IMG/VR virus record: IMGVR_UViG_3300008116_000069
Span: 1 to 52,520 of that record
From: a virus
Taxonomy: Duplodnaviria > Caudoviricetes
Length of the DNA: 52,520 nucleotides
Strand: one strand, 5' to 3'
This document shows positions 1 through 10,200 of the stretch, one piece after another (within the stretch, counting starts at the first letter, position 1; each line of letters begins with the position of its first letter). Both the position numbers and the translations under genes were made by a program. The notes under the pieces are model-generated. The model saw nothing but the letters and a program-made list of their open reading frames with translations. It did no database searches and was not told the origin of the DNA.

Positions 1-1
1 T

Positions 2-3000
2 AAGATTAGAAGTGCAGAGCAAGACTCAGCATCAAATCTTTATGAAGAAACAAATCAAATGAATTTAGCATATGCTTATAATAAAAATAGAGCACATGTA
101 AAGAGTGAAGCAGAAGCAAAAGCATTTATGAATGAACTTATTGAAAAGAAAAATAAGACAGCCTTTGATAGATATGCAATTGCTGCATTAGATAAAAGAA
201 TTAAAGATAAATTCTATGATAGATTTAAGACACGTCAAGACGAACTACTTATGGCAAACAAGGGAGTCCTCACTCCTGGAGGAAGTTATGGAAATATTCC
301 AGCAGTTCTTACACCAGGAGAAGCAGTACTATCTAAGGATGTTGTTGATAAGTACCAACCACTAATTTCAGCAATGTCAGAAGGAGATATCCCAGGATAC
401 TTCGGTGGAGTAATGCTTGGAATGCCAATGTCATTTGCAAAAACACAACAGATGAGAGCATCACAAGCACAACTGGAAGCAGCCGTTGCAAAGAGCCGAC
501 TTGCTAAGGTTGAGCCAACAGACTTTGGACACCTAATACAGCCGTTCTCTGGAAGAAGTTATCCAATTCCAGGTATCGGTGGTATATACAGAAAGCCTAG
601 CGGTGAAGTAGTAGTAGTTAAGCCTGCAGTAGATGAAAGATCTGCATTGGCTGAAATCAGAGCAACTCAGATTGCAAGAGAAGCCCATGGACTTGACTCT
701 CCAAAGCAATCAATTAAAACAATGATTGACCCAACAGATCCAACTGGTAAGCGTAAGATAATTGTTCTTGAGTCACCATATAATAAAAAGTTTGCAGAAC
801 CAACAGGAAAGTTTACAAAACAGCAATATGTCAGACAGTTAGTTGCCTCAACACTTCGTGGAGACAAAGACTTACAAATGTCTAACCTATCTGGAAATAT
901 GCTCGCCGATGTTGGTACCGCTGGAGTGTTTAGTAAAGCATCTGGATTTAGAGATTTTGCAAAGGCTATGCCTTCTATGGAAGAGCAGGCAGTTATTAAC
1001 CTGCTTGGAGTTAAGGGTGGAGCAAAGAAATTCTTTGCAGAAGCAACAGCACCTATTGCATCAAAGATGAGTGCACAAGAGTTTGAGTCACTTATGCTTG
1101 CTGAAATAAATACTGTTTTACCTAAACTTAAAAAGACCATTGCTTCATTTAAATTGAGTGGTGACGAATCTAAAGTCTACGCCGATATGATTGCTCGTCT
1201 TGAAGCAGGAAAGAAAGCAGACTGGAAGAAAATTCACGGGGTACATACAAATGTAAAGCCTAAGAAGTATAAGACAGGTGTAGTGTCAGTACCAGGACCA
1301 AAGGGTGCAGGAGATATTATGCCTGCAATGCTTTCTCCAGGAGAAGCAGTTATTCCAGCAAGAATGACAGAGAAGTATTCACCACTTATATCTGGAATGA
1401 TTAATGACAGTATTCCAGGGTTTGGTACTGGTCCAGGGTTTTTTGATCCAGAGGAGCCTGCTTACAAGGTTACAGATAAAAGATCAGGTGCTGGACCAAC
1501 ACCACCAACACCACCAGGATCTCCAGGAGGACGTAATCCGTGGGATCCTCCTAAACCTATAGATGATCCTTGGAGAACGCCATCACAAGGTACACCAGGA
1601 CAAGAAAGAATTGGAAGAGCCATAGATAGGCTGTTCGGTGGACCACGGGGAGAAAAACTTGCTAAGGCTGCAGAGAGAATAGGTGCTAAGTTTGAAAAAG
1701 CAGCACCCGCTATTGCTAACGTTGGCACCACAATGGGAGATACAACAAGAGCATTTGAAAAAGACAAAACAAGAGGGTTTACTGGTTGGTTAACTGGATA
1801 CGGAAGAGTCTCTGACACAGTTCAAAATGATGATGGCTCTACAAGAAGAGCAACACCAGCAGAACGTGAAAATATGAGGCAAGACAAGAGAATGCAGGCA
1901 AGCCAAAGAGGTATGGGTATTGGTATGGCTGCAATGATGGTTCCGATGGCTGCAGGAGCATACGCACAAAAGAATCCTGACAGCGGTATTGCAAAAAATA
2001 TGGATATGATTATGATGATATCTATGTTGGTAATGCTATTGCCAATGCTTAACAGTCCTCTTAAGTTGTTGATAGGAACAGTTGCTGGACTAGCCGTTGT
2101 CTATAAGATGCAGTCAATGGCAATTAAAAAGAGCATGCTTGAAGGTGAAAAGCAGGGCAAGTCCATGATAATGGCATCAAGTCAACTTGAGGAACTTGGA
2201 AAGATAACTGGAACTGTTTCTAAAACACAGATTGCTGCAGAAAGAAGAAAAGCAAGAAATACAGATATTTCTCCAGTTAGTATAGAGTTTGGAAATAAAG
2301 TTATAGGAGAAAGTGATTTTGGTAAAAATCTTAAAACTTCTTTTGAACAAAGCATAGCAGATTTTGGAGAAAGCGCTGCAGTTGATTCATTGGCTAATCA
2401 ACTTGGAACTGCTGTATCTCAAGGAATTTTAAGTGCAGATCAAGCAGAATCTATAGCAGTTGCACTTACTAGAAATCTAAAAGATGCAAAACTTGAACTG
2501 AACGTAAGAGGAAGGCTTATTCAACTACTTGGTCCAAATGGAGAAAACTTAGTTTCAAATCCACTGGCAGTAGAAGTTGAACTAATAGCAAGCGGACAAA
2601 GAGTTCAGAAGGCTGCTACTGATAATTTAAATAAGGTTGCAAGTGAGCAAGTAGGAATAAACACAAAGGGAGAAATTCTTCAGACTGTAGGTGCCACAGT
2701 TGGTGGCGGATACATAGCAGCAAGAGCAGGAATGAGCGCTGCAAATATGATGAGCGAAGTATCAGCAGCCCGTGCTGGTGGTACTGGAGTTATGAAGGCA
2801 ATACAAATTGCAAGTGCAGCAAGAAAGGCTGGAACGGCAGGATCTTTAGCCGCAGCAGCAGCAGGCGCTCCTGCAGCAGGTGTTGGAGCAGTTCCTGGAT
2901 TAGTAGGCGCATTAGTGTCAACAGTAGTTCTTGGTGGAATTGAAGCAGGACTTAGAAATTGGCAAAAGGGTAAAGAAAAGGCTGTAATGGCAAAAGCCGC

Positions 3001-6000
3001 TGGAGTTGTGCAGGGTATAACAACACAGAATCTTGCAGCATCACAAGGAAGTATTGATGCACTAACTTCCCAATATGATACAGCAATTGCAAATCTAGAA
3101 CTTAAAAAGAAAACATTAAAGACAGAACAAGAACGTGCTGCTGTTGACCAACAAATTCTTGGACTCCAAACTAAAAAAGATAGTGGTCTTAAAGACTTGC
3201 GAAAGAGTCAATCAGATATTCTTGGTAGTGTTGTTTCTAACTATGAGACTGTAAATAAAAGAAGTCTGATGGAAACCATAAGTCCATTTGGTTCTGGAAG
3301 AGGCCAGGTTCGTGATAAGTATATGGAAGCATTCTCTGTTGGAATGCAAGAAAAATTTAAAGACAGTCCAGCACTAAAAGCACAAGCAACTGCTTTACAA
3401 AGCCAACTAGACAATATTGGTAATGATGCGGTAACACTTGAAATATCAACACTAGTAACCTCCGATGTTTTGACACCAAACGAAGCATCTGTAATGCTTA
3501 AGACTCTTACAGCAACAGGTGGAGATGTTAGCAAAAACCTTCAGGCAATGGTTGCTGTTCAAGGCACTGAAGGACTTCAAAGACTATCAACACTTCTAAC
3601 CCTAATTCCAAATGAAAATAATCAAAGACAATTAGTCTTAGCAGTTAAACAAATGAACAAAACAGAGGCAGATGCAACATTCTCAGCAATTGAAGAACTC
3701 GGCAAAATTCCAGACTACGTAGGAATTGACTTAAACATTGAAACACAAAAGAATGATATTGTAGATCTTAAGAGAGCAGGAAAAGAAATTGATGCACTTA
3801 AGAAGCAATTTCCTAATGGAAATATAGATCTTAAGGCATTAATTAAAATGCAAGAAGAGGCAGGCGGAGTAGGAAAAAATCTAACGCTAGATGCTGCTAT
3901 TGCACAATGGACAGCAATATCAAAACTTCCTAAAGAATTACAGTTCCAAGCAATGATTACTATTGGCTCAATTAGTCAAAGTGATAGTTTTGACCAAATT
4001 CTTGACAGAGAACTTTCTGCAGCATTCTATAAGCAAAATCCTGAACTTGCTATGAGTTTTGTTGATCCCAAAAAAGAGGCTGCTAAAAAGGCTAAACTAA
4101 AAGCATTTAAAGAAGATCTTAAGAATATTGATGCAGCAACAAAAGCATATTTTGACAGACTTGCTCCACAAATATTTGGTACTGCAGTTCCCCCAGTAGT
4201 ACCACCTGGAGGTGGAGGAGCAAATGCAAATAAAACAAAGAAGGATACTTCTTGGCTAAATGACCTTACACAAAGACTAAAGATTGTAAAAGACTCTTCA
4301 ATTGATGCATTAAACCCACTAGCCTCTATTAAAAAATTCCTTGGTGGAGATATTGCTGGTCAAGGCGGGGGTAGTGTTAAGTCAAATACATCACTTGATA
4401 AGCAATTAGGTGCTATCCAAAAAATTGATCAACTTGCTCTTGATGGAAACATTGCTGGATTGTCAGATGACTTCCGTGAAATTCTAGTGAACATGGATCC
4501 AGAACAGTTTGTTTTATGGTCAAAAACACTTTTTAAGGTTGGCAAGGAAGGAAGAATAACTGGGCTTACTCAGGACTTTATTGATATTAATAGTGCTTTT
4601 AGAACTGCAACTATTGGAGAGTATATTGAGAATGAGAAAAAGGCTGTTGATGAAATTCGTGACAGAGTTAATGCATACTCTTTGCTAACAGACATGGCAA
4701 GGGAGTATGGTTTTTCTGTAGCAGACACAGATCAACTTATGAAAAATCAATCCTTTGTTGCTGACATTGCAAACGGAGTTAGATACTCAAAAGAAGAACT
4801 TGCTGGATTGCTTGAAATAAATAGAGATGCAAGACAAATGCTTTCTAGAGAAGCAACAATGGGACAACTTCAGGAGACCAATAAAATTCAAATGCAGATA
4901 GATGCATTTAAAAAATTACAATCTGAAGGTGTTGCATATGAAACAATTCTTCAAGTAATTTCTAAGTCAGAGTGGGTTGAAGCAGTTCTTACTGCTACTG
5001 GAAAAATATCAGATGAGTTCCCTAACCTTATTAAATCTGCTAAAGATTATAAGAAAGTCTTGTTTGAATTACAGCAACTTCAAGAGTCTGATGCAACAAA
5101 GATAGATCAAAGATTCGCAGCAGAGGCAGCAAGAATAACTGCAAAGGCTGCAGCAGATTTTAGAAAAACAAACTCAATGTCTGTTGAGCAGTTTAACGTT
5201 ATAACAAAAGAAAAAGAAATTGCACAAAGAGGTTTCCAGGACCAGATTGATACATACAATGATGGAATTTCAGCAATTGAAAAACTTGAGCAATCTGTAA
5301 ACGATAAATATGATGCAAAGGCTAAATTAATTGATGAGCAAGTTAGTGCTCTAGATAAGGTTCGTTCTATCAATGAAGATATTGCAGCACAGCAAGAAAA
5401 CCAACTAACCTTAGCAGACGCTCTCACACAAGGTGACATTTCAGCAGCAGCCAAGGCTGCAGCAGATTATTCTGCTCAACAAGCAGATGTTGCTTCTAGA
5501 AGTGCCAGCGAAGCACTTGACGAACAAAGAGCAGCCATGGAAGTTGCTAGACAAAAAGAAATTGATAATCTTAAAACAAAAATTAATGGAAAAGAATATA
5601 CTAGAAAACAACTTGCAGAATTAACAGCATCAATACAAGAAAAAGATATTGATAGACTTGCTAAAGAAATTGAAGCAAGAAATCGCATAGTAACTGCATA
5701 CGAAGATGCAAACACAAAGGCATTAGCAAATGTAGAAATTAACAAGATGACCTCAACAGAGTGGGATTACATAAAAGGTGCTGTTACTACATTAAACGAA
5801 GCCTATGATGCACAGGTAATTGATATTGATGCAATTGCAAAATCAGTAGGTGGGGTATCTGGAGCATGGGATGCAGTTACAACAGCAATTAAGACTGCAT
5901 CTTTAGAAGTTGGTAAGTACCCAGTATCTGGATCAGAAAAGTTTGCAATAGATAAGGCCGCTGCCGATAAAGCAGCAGCAGACAAGGCTGCAGCGGATAA

Positions 6001-6640
6001 ACTAGCAGCAGAAAAGAAAGCAGCAGAAGATGCAGCAAAAGCAGGAGCAGGTGCGGGTACACAAACTGTAGATCCTAATTCTGCAAGAGGTAGACTCAAT
6101 GCTTATCTAAAAGCAAAAGAAGATAGACTTGCAGCAGCAGAAGAAAAAAGAAAACTAGAAGCAGCAGCAGCAGAACTTGCTACATCAAGTGCTGCTCTTA
6201 GAAAACTACAATCTGGACAAGCACTAACAGCCATTGAAAGAAAGTTACTTGGAATCGGAATGGCTAAGGGTGGATTTGTTCCACAGTATATGGCTTCTGG
6301 AGGTTTTTCAATAGGAACAGATACAGTTCCTGCGATGCTAACACCTGGAGAGTTTGTAGTAAGAAAGAGTATTGCAGATCAATACGGACCACTTCTTGAG
6401 TCTTTAAATAATGGAACATATAAATCTTTTGAAGCGCCAACATATTCTAATATGAATAATAGTGCTGTTAAGGTAGGAGTAGGATCATCAAATGCTCCAT
6501 CAGATAACTCCAGCAAGGTGTATAATTATAACGTAGGTATTAGCGTAAGTAACACAAGTGCAAGTGCAGATGACATTGCTAAGGTAGTTATGGCTGAGAT
6601 TAAATATATTGATTCACAAAGACTTAGAGGGCAGAGATAA
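2..6640 (+). CDS. Tail tape measure protein (5'-partial) with embedded kinase-like domain
   Basis: Frame is open from base 2 (KIRSAEQD...), so the start lies upstream. >2200 aa, Ala/Lys/Glu-rich helical, with a hydrophobic segment (~1910-2105) and C-terminal 'GG...DTVPAMLTPGEFVV...YNYNV' typical of TMP C-termini. Directly precedes tail genes. Confidence 0.85.
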   Translation, partial: KIRSAEQDSASNLYEETNQMNLAYAYNKNRAHVKSEAEAKAFMNELIEKKNKTAFDRYAIAALDKRIKDKFYDRFKTRQDELLMANKGVLTPGGSYGNIPAVLTPGEAVLSKDVVDKYQPLISAMSEGDIPGYFGGVMLGMPMSFAKTQQMRASQAQLEAAVAKSRLAKVEPTDFGHLIQPFSGRSYPIPGIGGIYRKPSGEVVVVKPAVDERSALAEIRATQIAREAHGLDSPKQSIKTMIDPTDPTGKRKIIVLESPYNKKFAEPTGKFTKQQYVRQLVASTLRGDKDLQMSNLSGNMLADVGTAGVFSKASGFRDFAKAMPSMEEQAVINLLGVKGGAKKFFAEATAPIASKMSAQEFESLMLAEINTVLPKLKKTIASFKLSGDESKVYADMIARLEAGKKADWKKIHGVHTNVKPKKYKTGVVSVPGPKGAGDIMPAMLSPGEAVIPARMTEKYSPLISGMINDSIPGFGTGPGFFDPEEPAYKVTDKRSGAGPTPPTPPGSPGGRNPWDPPKPIDDPWRTPSQGTPGQERIGRAIDRLFGGPRGEKLAKAAERIGAKFEKAAPAIANVGTTMGDTTRAFEKDKTRGFTGWLTGYGRVSDTVQNDDGSTRRATPAERENMRQDKRMQASQRGMGIGMAAMMVPMAAGAYAQKNPDSGIAKNMDMIMMISMLVMLLPMLNSPLKLLIGTVAGLAVVYKMQSMAIKKSMLEGEKQGKSMIMASSQLEELGKITGTVSKTQIAAERRKARNTDISPVSIEFGNKVIGESDFGKNLKTSFEQSIADFGESAAVDSLANQLGTAVSQGILSADQAESIAVALTRNLKDAKLELNVRGRLIQLLGPNGENLVSNPLAVEVELIASGQRVQKAATDNLNKVASEQVGINTKGEILQTVGATVGGGYIAARAGMSAANMMSEVSAARAGGTGVMKAIQIASAARKAGTAGSLAAAAAGAPAAGVGAVPGLVGALVSTVVLGGIEAGLRNWQKGKEKAVMAKAAGVVQGITTQNLAASQGSIDALTSQYDTAIANLELKKKTLKTEQERAAVDQQILGLQTKKDSGLKDLRKSQSDILGSVVSNYETVNKRSLMETISPFGSGRGQVRDKYMEAFSVGMQEKFKDSPALKAQATALQSQLDNIGNDAVTLEISTLVTSDVLTPNEASVMLKTLTATGGDVSKNLQAMVAVQGTEGLQRLSTLLTLIPNENNQRQLVLAVKQMNKTEADATFSAIEELGKIPDYVGIDLNIETQKNDIVDLKRAGKEIDALKKQFPNGNIDLKALIKMQEEAGGVGKNLTLDAAIAQWTAISKLPKELQFQAMITIGSISQSDSFDQILDRELSAAFYKQNPELAMSFVDPKKEAAKKAKLKAFKEDLKNIDAATKAYFDRLAPQIFGTAVPPVVPPGGGGANANKTKKDTSWLNDLTQRLKIVKDSSIDALNPLASIKKFLGGDIAGQGGGSVKSNTSLDKQLGAIQKIDQLALDGNIAGLSDDFREILVNMDPEQFVLWSKTLFKVGKEGRITGLTQDFIDINSAFRTATIGEYIENEKKAVDEIRDRVNAYSLLTDMAREYGFSVADTDQLMKNQSFVADIANGVRYSKEELAGLLEINRDARQMLSREATMGQLQETNKIQMQIDAFKKLQSEGVAYETILQVISKSEWVEAVLTATGKISDEFPNLIKSAKDYKKVLFELQQLQESDATKIDQRFAAEAARITAKAAADFRKTNSMSVEQFNVITKEKEIAQRGFQDQIDTYNDGISAIEKLEQSVNDKYDAKAKLIDEQVSALDKVRSINEDIAAQQENQLTLADALTQGDISAAAKAAADYSAQQADVASRSASEALDEQRAAMEVARQKEIDNLKTKINGKEYTRKQLAELTASIQEKDIDRLAKEIEARNRIVTAYEDANTKALANVEINKMTSTEWDYIKGAVTTLNEAYDAQVIDIDAIAKSVGGVSGAWDAVTTAIKTASLEVGKYPVSGSEKFAIDKAAADKAAADKAAADKLAAEKKAAEDAAKAGAGAGTQTVDPNSARGRLNAYLKAKEDRLAAAEEKRKLEAAAAELATSSAALRKLQSGQALTAIERKLLGIGMAKGGFVPQYMASGGFSIGTDTVPAMLTPGEFVVRKSIADQYGPLLESLNNGTYKSFEAPTYSNMNNSAVKVGVGSSNAPSDNSSKVYNYNVGISVSNTSASADDIAKVVMAEIKYIDSQRLRGQR
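251..409 (+). repeat. TMP internal repeat copy 1 (GNIPAVLTPGEAVLSKDVVDKYQPLISAMSEGDIPGY)
   Basis: Protein-level similarity to copies at 1268-1432 and 6290-6415. Confidence 0.85.
1268..1432 (+). repeat. TMP internal repeat copy 2 (GDIMPAMLSPGEAVIPARMTEKYSPLISGMINDSIPGF)
   Basis: Aligns residue for residue with copy 1 (PAxLxPGEAV...KYxPLISxM...IPG[YF]). Confidence 0.85.
5951..6030 (+). repeat. AADKA low-complexity peptide repeat in TMP
   Basis: DKAAADKAAADKAAADKLAAEKKAAE with synonymous codon variation. Confidence 0.8.
6290..6415 (+). repeat. TMP repeat copy 3 (GTDTVPAMLTPGEFVVRKSIADQYGPLLESLN)
   Basis: C-terminal copy of the same motif. Confidence 0.8.
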
Positions 6641-7275
6641 TGGCAACGTCAGGCTATATAACAGGTAGAAAGCGCTATCAGAGACCACAAGGTATTCTTT
6701 GGTCCAATAACGCAGGAACGCTCTCAAATGGTCTCTACGTGCCTACAGGGTACGAAATTGGGGCAGATATCGGGGCAGAGACAAACGCATCCCTAATAGA
6801 CCAGTTCCTAATACTATCTGACCATAATCGTAGTGAGTTAAGATTTTCTCCTAAAAGAATTGAACAAAGACAAAGAACCATTAATGGGCGTATGCGTTCA
6901 TACCATATCGCTGATAAACTAGAAATATCATGGTCTTGGGATAACCTTCCTTCAAGAGCATATAGCGAAAGCCCTGAGTTTGGATCTAATGGTCTTTCAG
7001 CCCTAAAGGGAACACAGTCTGAATACACAGCAGATGGTGGAGCAGGCGGTGTAGATCTTTTAGATTGGTATGAAACACATAGAGGTCCATTCTGGATGTT
7101 CTTAGCATATGATAAATACAGTAACTTTGAAAACACAGAAGATCCGTATGACCACCTTCATCAGTATAACCAAGTTATTCAGGTTTATATATCTGATTTT
7201 AACTATACTGTTGTAAAACGTGGAGCAACAAACCACGACCTTTGGAATATTTCGGTAACACTGGAAGAGGTCTAG
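6640..7275 (+). CDS. Putative distal tail / minor tail protein
   Basis: Overlaps the TMP stop; ~210 aa, ends 'WNISVTLEEV'; Dit-like position. Confidence 0.6.
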   Translation: MATSGYITGRKRYQRPQGILWSNNAGTLSNGLYVPTGYEIGADIGAETNASLIDQFLILSDHNRSELRFSPKRIEQRQRTINGRMRSYHIADKLEISWSWDNLPSRAYSESPEFGSNGLSALKGTQSEYTADGGAGGVDLLDWYETHRGPFWMFLAYDKYSNFENTEDPYDHLHQYNQVIQVYISDFNYTVVKRGATNHDLWNISVTLEEV

Positions 7276-7276
7276 A

Positions 7277-10200
7277 GTGTTTGTAAGTAGCGAACTAAAG
7301 ACACACCTAGAGTCTTCTTCAACTATCCAGTTGCAGTCTCTTGTTTTGGCTGAGTGGAATATGAACATGCCAGACAATGTTCAGAAACTAGGTAACTATA
7401 GATACAGACCAACAGGAACCGATAACAAGTTTAAGACTATAGCAACTACTTTTGATGCTGCAGACGCTGCTGGTTTGTATACAGGTGCTACTGATGCTGA
7501 CATTGCTATTGATGGTGGTTTTACAAATTCTGGAATCCCCCAATTTTTTACATCTACTAAGGATAAAATGAAAATGATTTACTCTTTAGAAGATTGCATT
7601 AAACCATTCAGACCAAGATCTGGTATTAATAAGTTAATGTATTTTAGTGGTAACTATATTCATAACTCAAATGAGTTAATGTCACAAAGACCTAGATATT
7701 ATATGCCATCTCGCTATGACGAATTTAAATATTGGACTTCATATAGAACTGAGACTGCAGTAGAAGACGGGGTTACAAAAACAATTGAGCGTGGAATTGC
7801 TAAGAACAAAGTTGGAACCTTAAACTATATTGATGATACAGCGCCATTTGTTGTGTATAAGGAAAATGTTCCAGCAAACAGAATTATTATAAAGATGCAG
7901 ACAAATATTGGGAATGTAAATCTAGGTCCATTTACAACATCTGCGGGATCAATTCAAGATCCTTTGTTTAGAACAGACTATAAGACAACTCCTGTTAACT
8001 GGAAAATACAGTACCTAAAGGATAGCGCTTGGGTGGATGCTCAATCTTTTAATGCTTCAAGCGTAAGAGACGACGGGACAGCAATAGTTGGATCAGATGG
8101 ATATGTTGAATTACAATATGGACTAATACTTCCTAAAGAATATAAAACAAAGTTTAACTATCAAGGAACACTTCCAGCAGTATCACAGTTGCCAAGCACA
8201 GCGTTTGATGGATATGCGTACTTGGTTATTCCTACAACTGGTAGCAGAGGAACATTTCATATTTGGGATGAAGCCTCAGAAGAATATAAAACATTTACTC
8301 CGCAATATGGGTGGAGAGTTGCAGAAGAAACAGTAAACAATGAAAGTAGTTTTATAGAAGATCTTACATCTCCTACTTACTTTAACAATGAAACAGATGG
8401 TCAAAAGGTTTATAGAGAGTTCCAGAACATACGTGGAATTCGCATTGTCGTAGATACTATGAACAAGTTTGATTCTAGGTTTGACCTAATTGAAATGTCA
8501 CCTAGACTTGTTGTTGATATTTCTGATAAAGTTATAGACTTTAAAATTAAGAAAAGCCTTGCTGATCTTGGCTCAACATCTTTGCCAGTTGGACAACTAC
8601 TTGCTTCAACTGGAGACATTTCTCTTTTTGATGATGACCAAGCATTTAATCCTAACAATACAAATAGCATAATTAGTAAGTATGTAAGAAAAAACATTAA
8701 GTTTAATTTCTATGAAAAGATTGTTAATGTTGGTGGATATGATTATTATGTGCCAATGAAAACTTTATACTCAGAAGGTTTCCCACAGGTTGAACGTAAC
8801 TCTGGATCTCTTTCTTTAACTCTTAGAGATATGTACTTCTTACTTGAGTCAATGCCTGCGCCAAGAATGCTTGTTACAGAGGCATCACTTAGTTATGCCA
8901 TCACACTTTTACTTGACTATATTGGATTTAGCAACTATACATTCCTTAGAGTTGCTGGTGAAAAAGATCCAATCATTCCATACTTCTTTATTGCTCCAGA
9001 CCAAAATGTTGCTGAGGTATTAAACCAGTTAGCCGTTTCAACACAAACAGCAATGTTCTTTGATGAATATAATAATTTTGTTGTGATGAGTAAAGATTAT
9101 ATGATGCCTTCGCTAACCCAAAGAGAATCAAACTTTGTTTTGTCTGGGTCTAACAACCAAACAGATACAGGTGTAACTGAAAATGCTACATCTGGAAATC
9201 TTCCAAACATTATATCTATTGCATCTGAAGATAAAAAGATCTTTAACTCAGGAAAGATTAACTATACGACAAGATATATCCAGAGATCATACGGAAGCAT
9301 TCGTCAAGCAAGCCTAGTAGATCAAGAAAAAACATGGATATACAAGCCTGCACTTTTGTGGGAAGTATCTGGAACTGAAAATACAAAGACTATTAATGAA
9401 GTAGCAAGTACTCAGGGTAGTTATGTTTTAGGGGCAATGCCAATTGCATCAGATGTACCTAGTGCTGTACCAACAGTTGTTAATAACTTAATGACAAATA
9501 ACATAATTGATTTAGGAGAAAACGTATACTGGCTAACAAGATATACGGGTTATCTATATGCAAGCGGTGAAATTATTAAATACGATGCTGCAGAGTTTAG
9601 CGTTACCCTTGGTCTTTGGTATGACATTAAGGCAGATGGAACAATAGATGAAACAAAACAATATTTTGTAGAACCAGGAAACTTTGCACCAGCATCAGTT
9701 ATTTCTACAATTGAAGCGCAGGTAAAGTCTAAGGCAATCACTCAGGCACAAGCAGATAAGACTATTGAGCAATGGAAGGCAACCCACAGACAGGGTTCAA
9801 GTAACGTTTGGGTTAGCAGCAATGAAGAGTATCAAAAATATTTCTCTGTGTTGCCGTTTAACGGAAAAATCTACCCTACTGGAAGAATCAGAATTTATTC
9901 TGTACCTTACTATGAAACAACTGGGGGAGTTACAAAGATGAAGAACGGTGCCGTTGTCGAGCATGGTCGTGGACAATTTGGTACAAAGGTAACATCTCAT
10001 AGTGCTGGAATAAGTTCTTATTGGTCAAATAACGATAACGTGCGTGGCTGTACTATGAAGGCTAGAGATTATTTATTTACAACTAACACAAATCCAACCT
10101 TACCAACCACAGTTGCTGGAATTGCTGGAGTTGATAATGCTCGTGCTAAGCAAACAACTAGAAACAGTATTATTAGAAACTTCATGTCTTTAAGCGGAAA

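Noticed and set aside
5951-6030. AADKA repeat as a DNA-level tandem repeat or contingency locus
   Set aside because: Codons differ between units; it is a protein low-complexity linker
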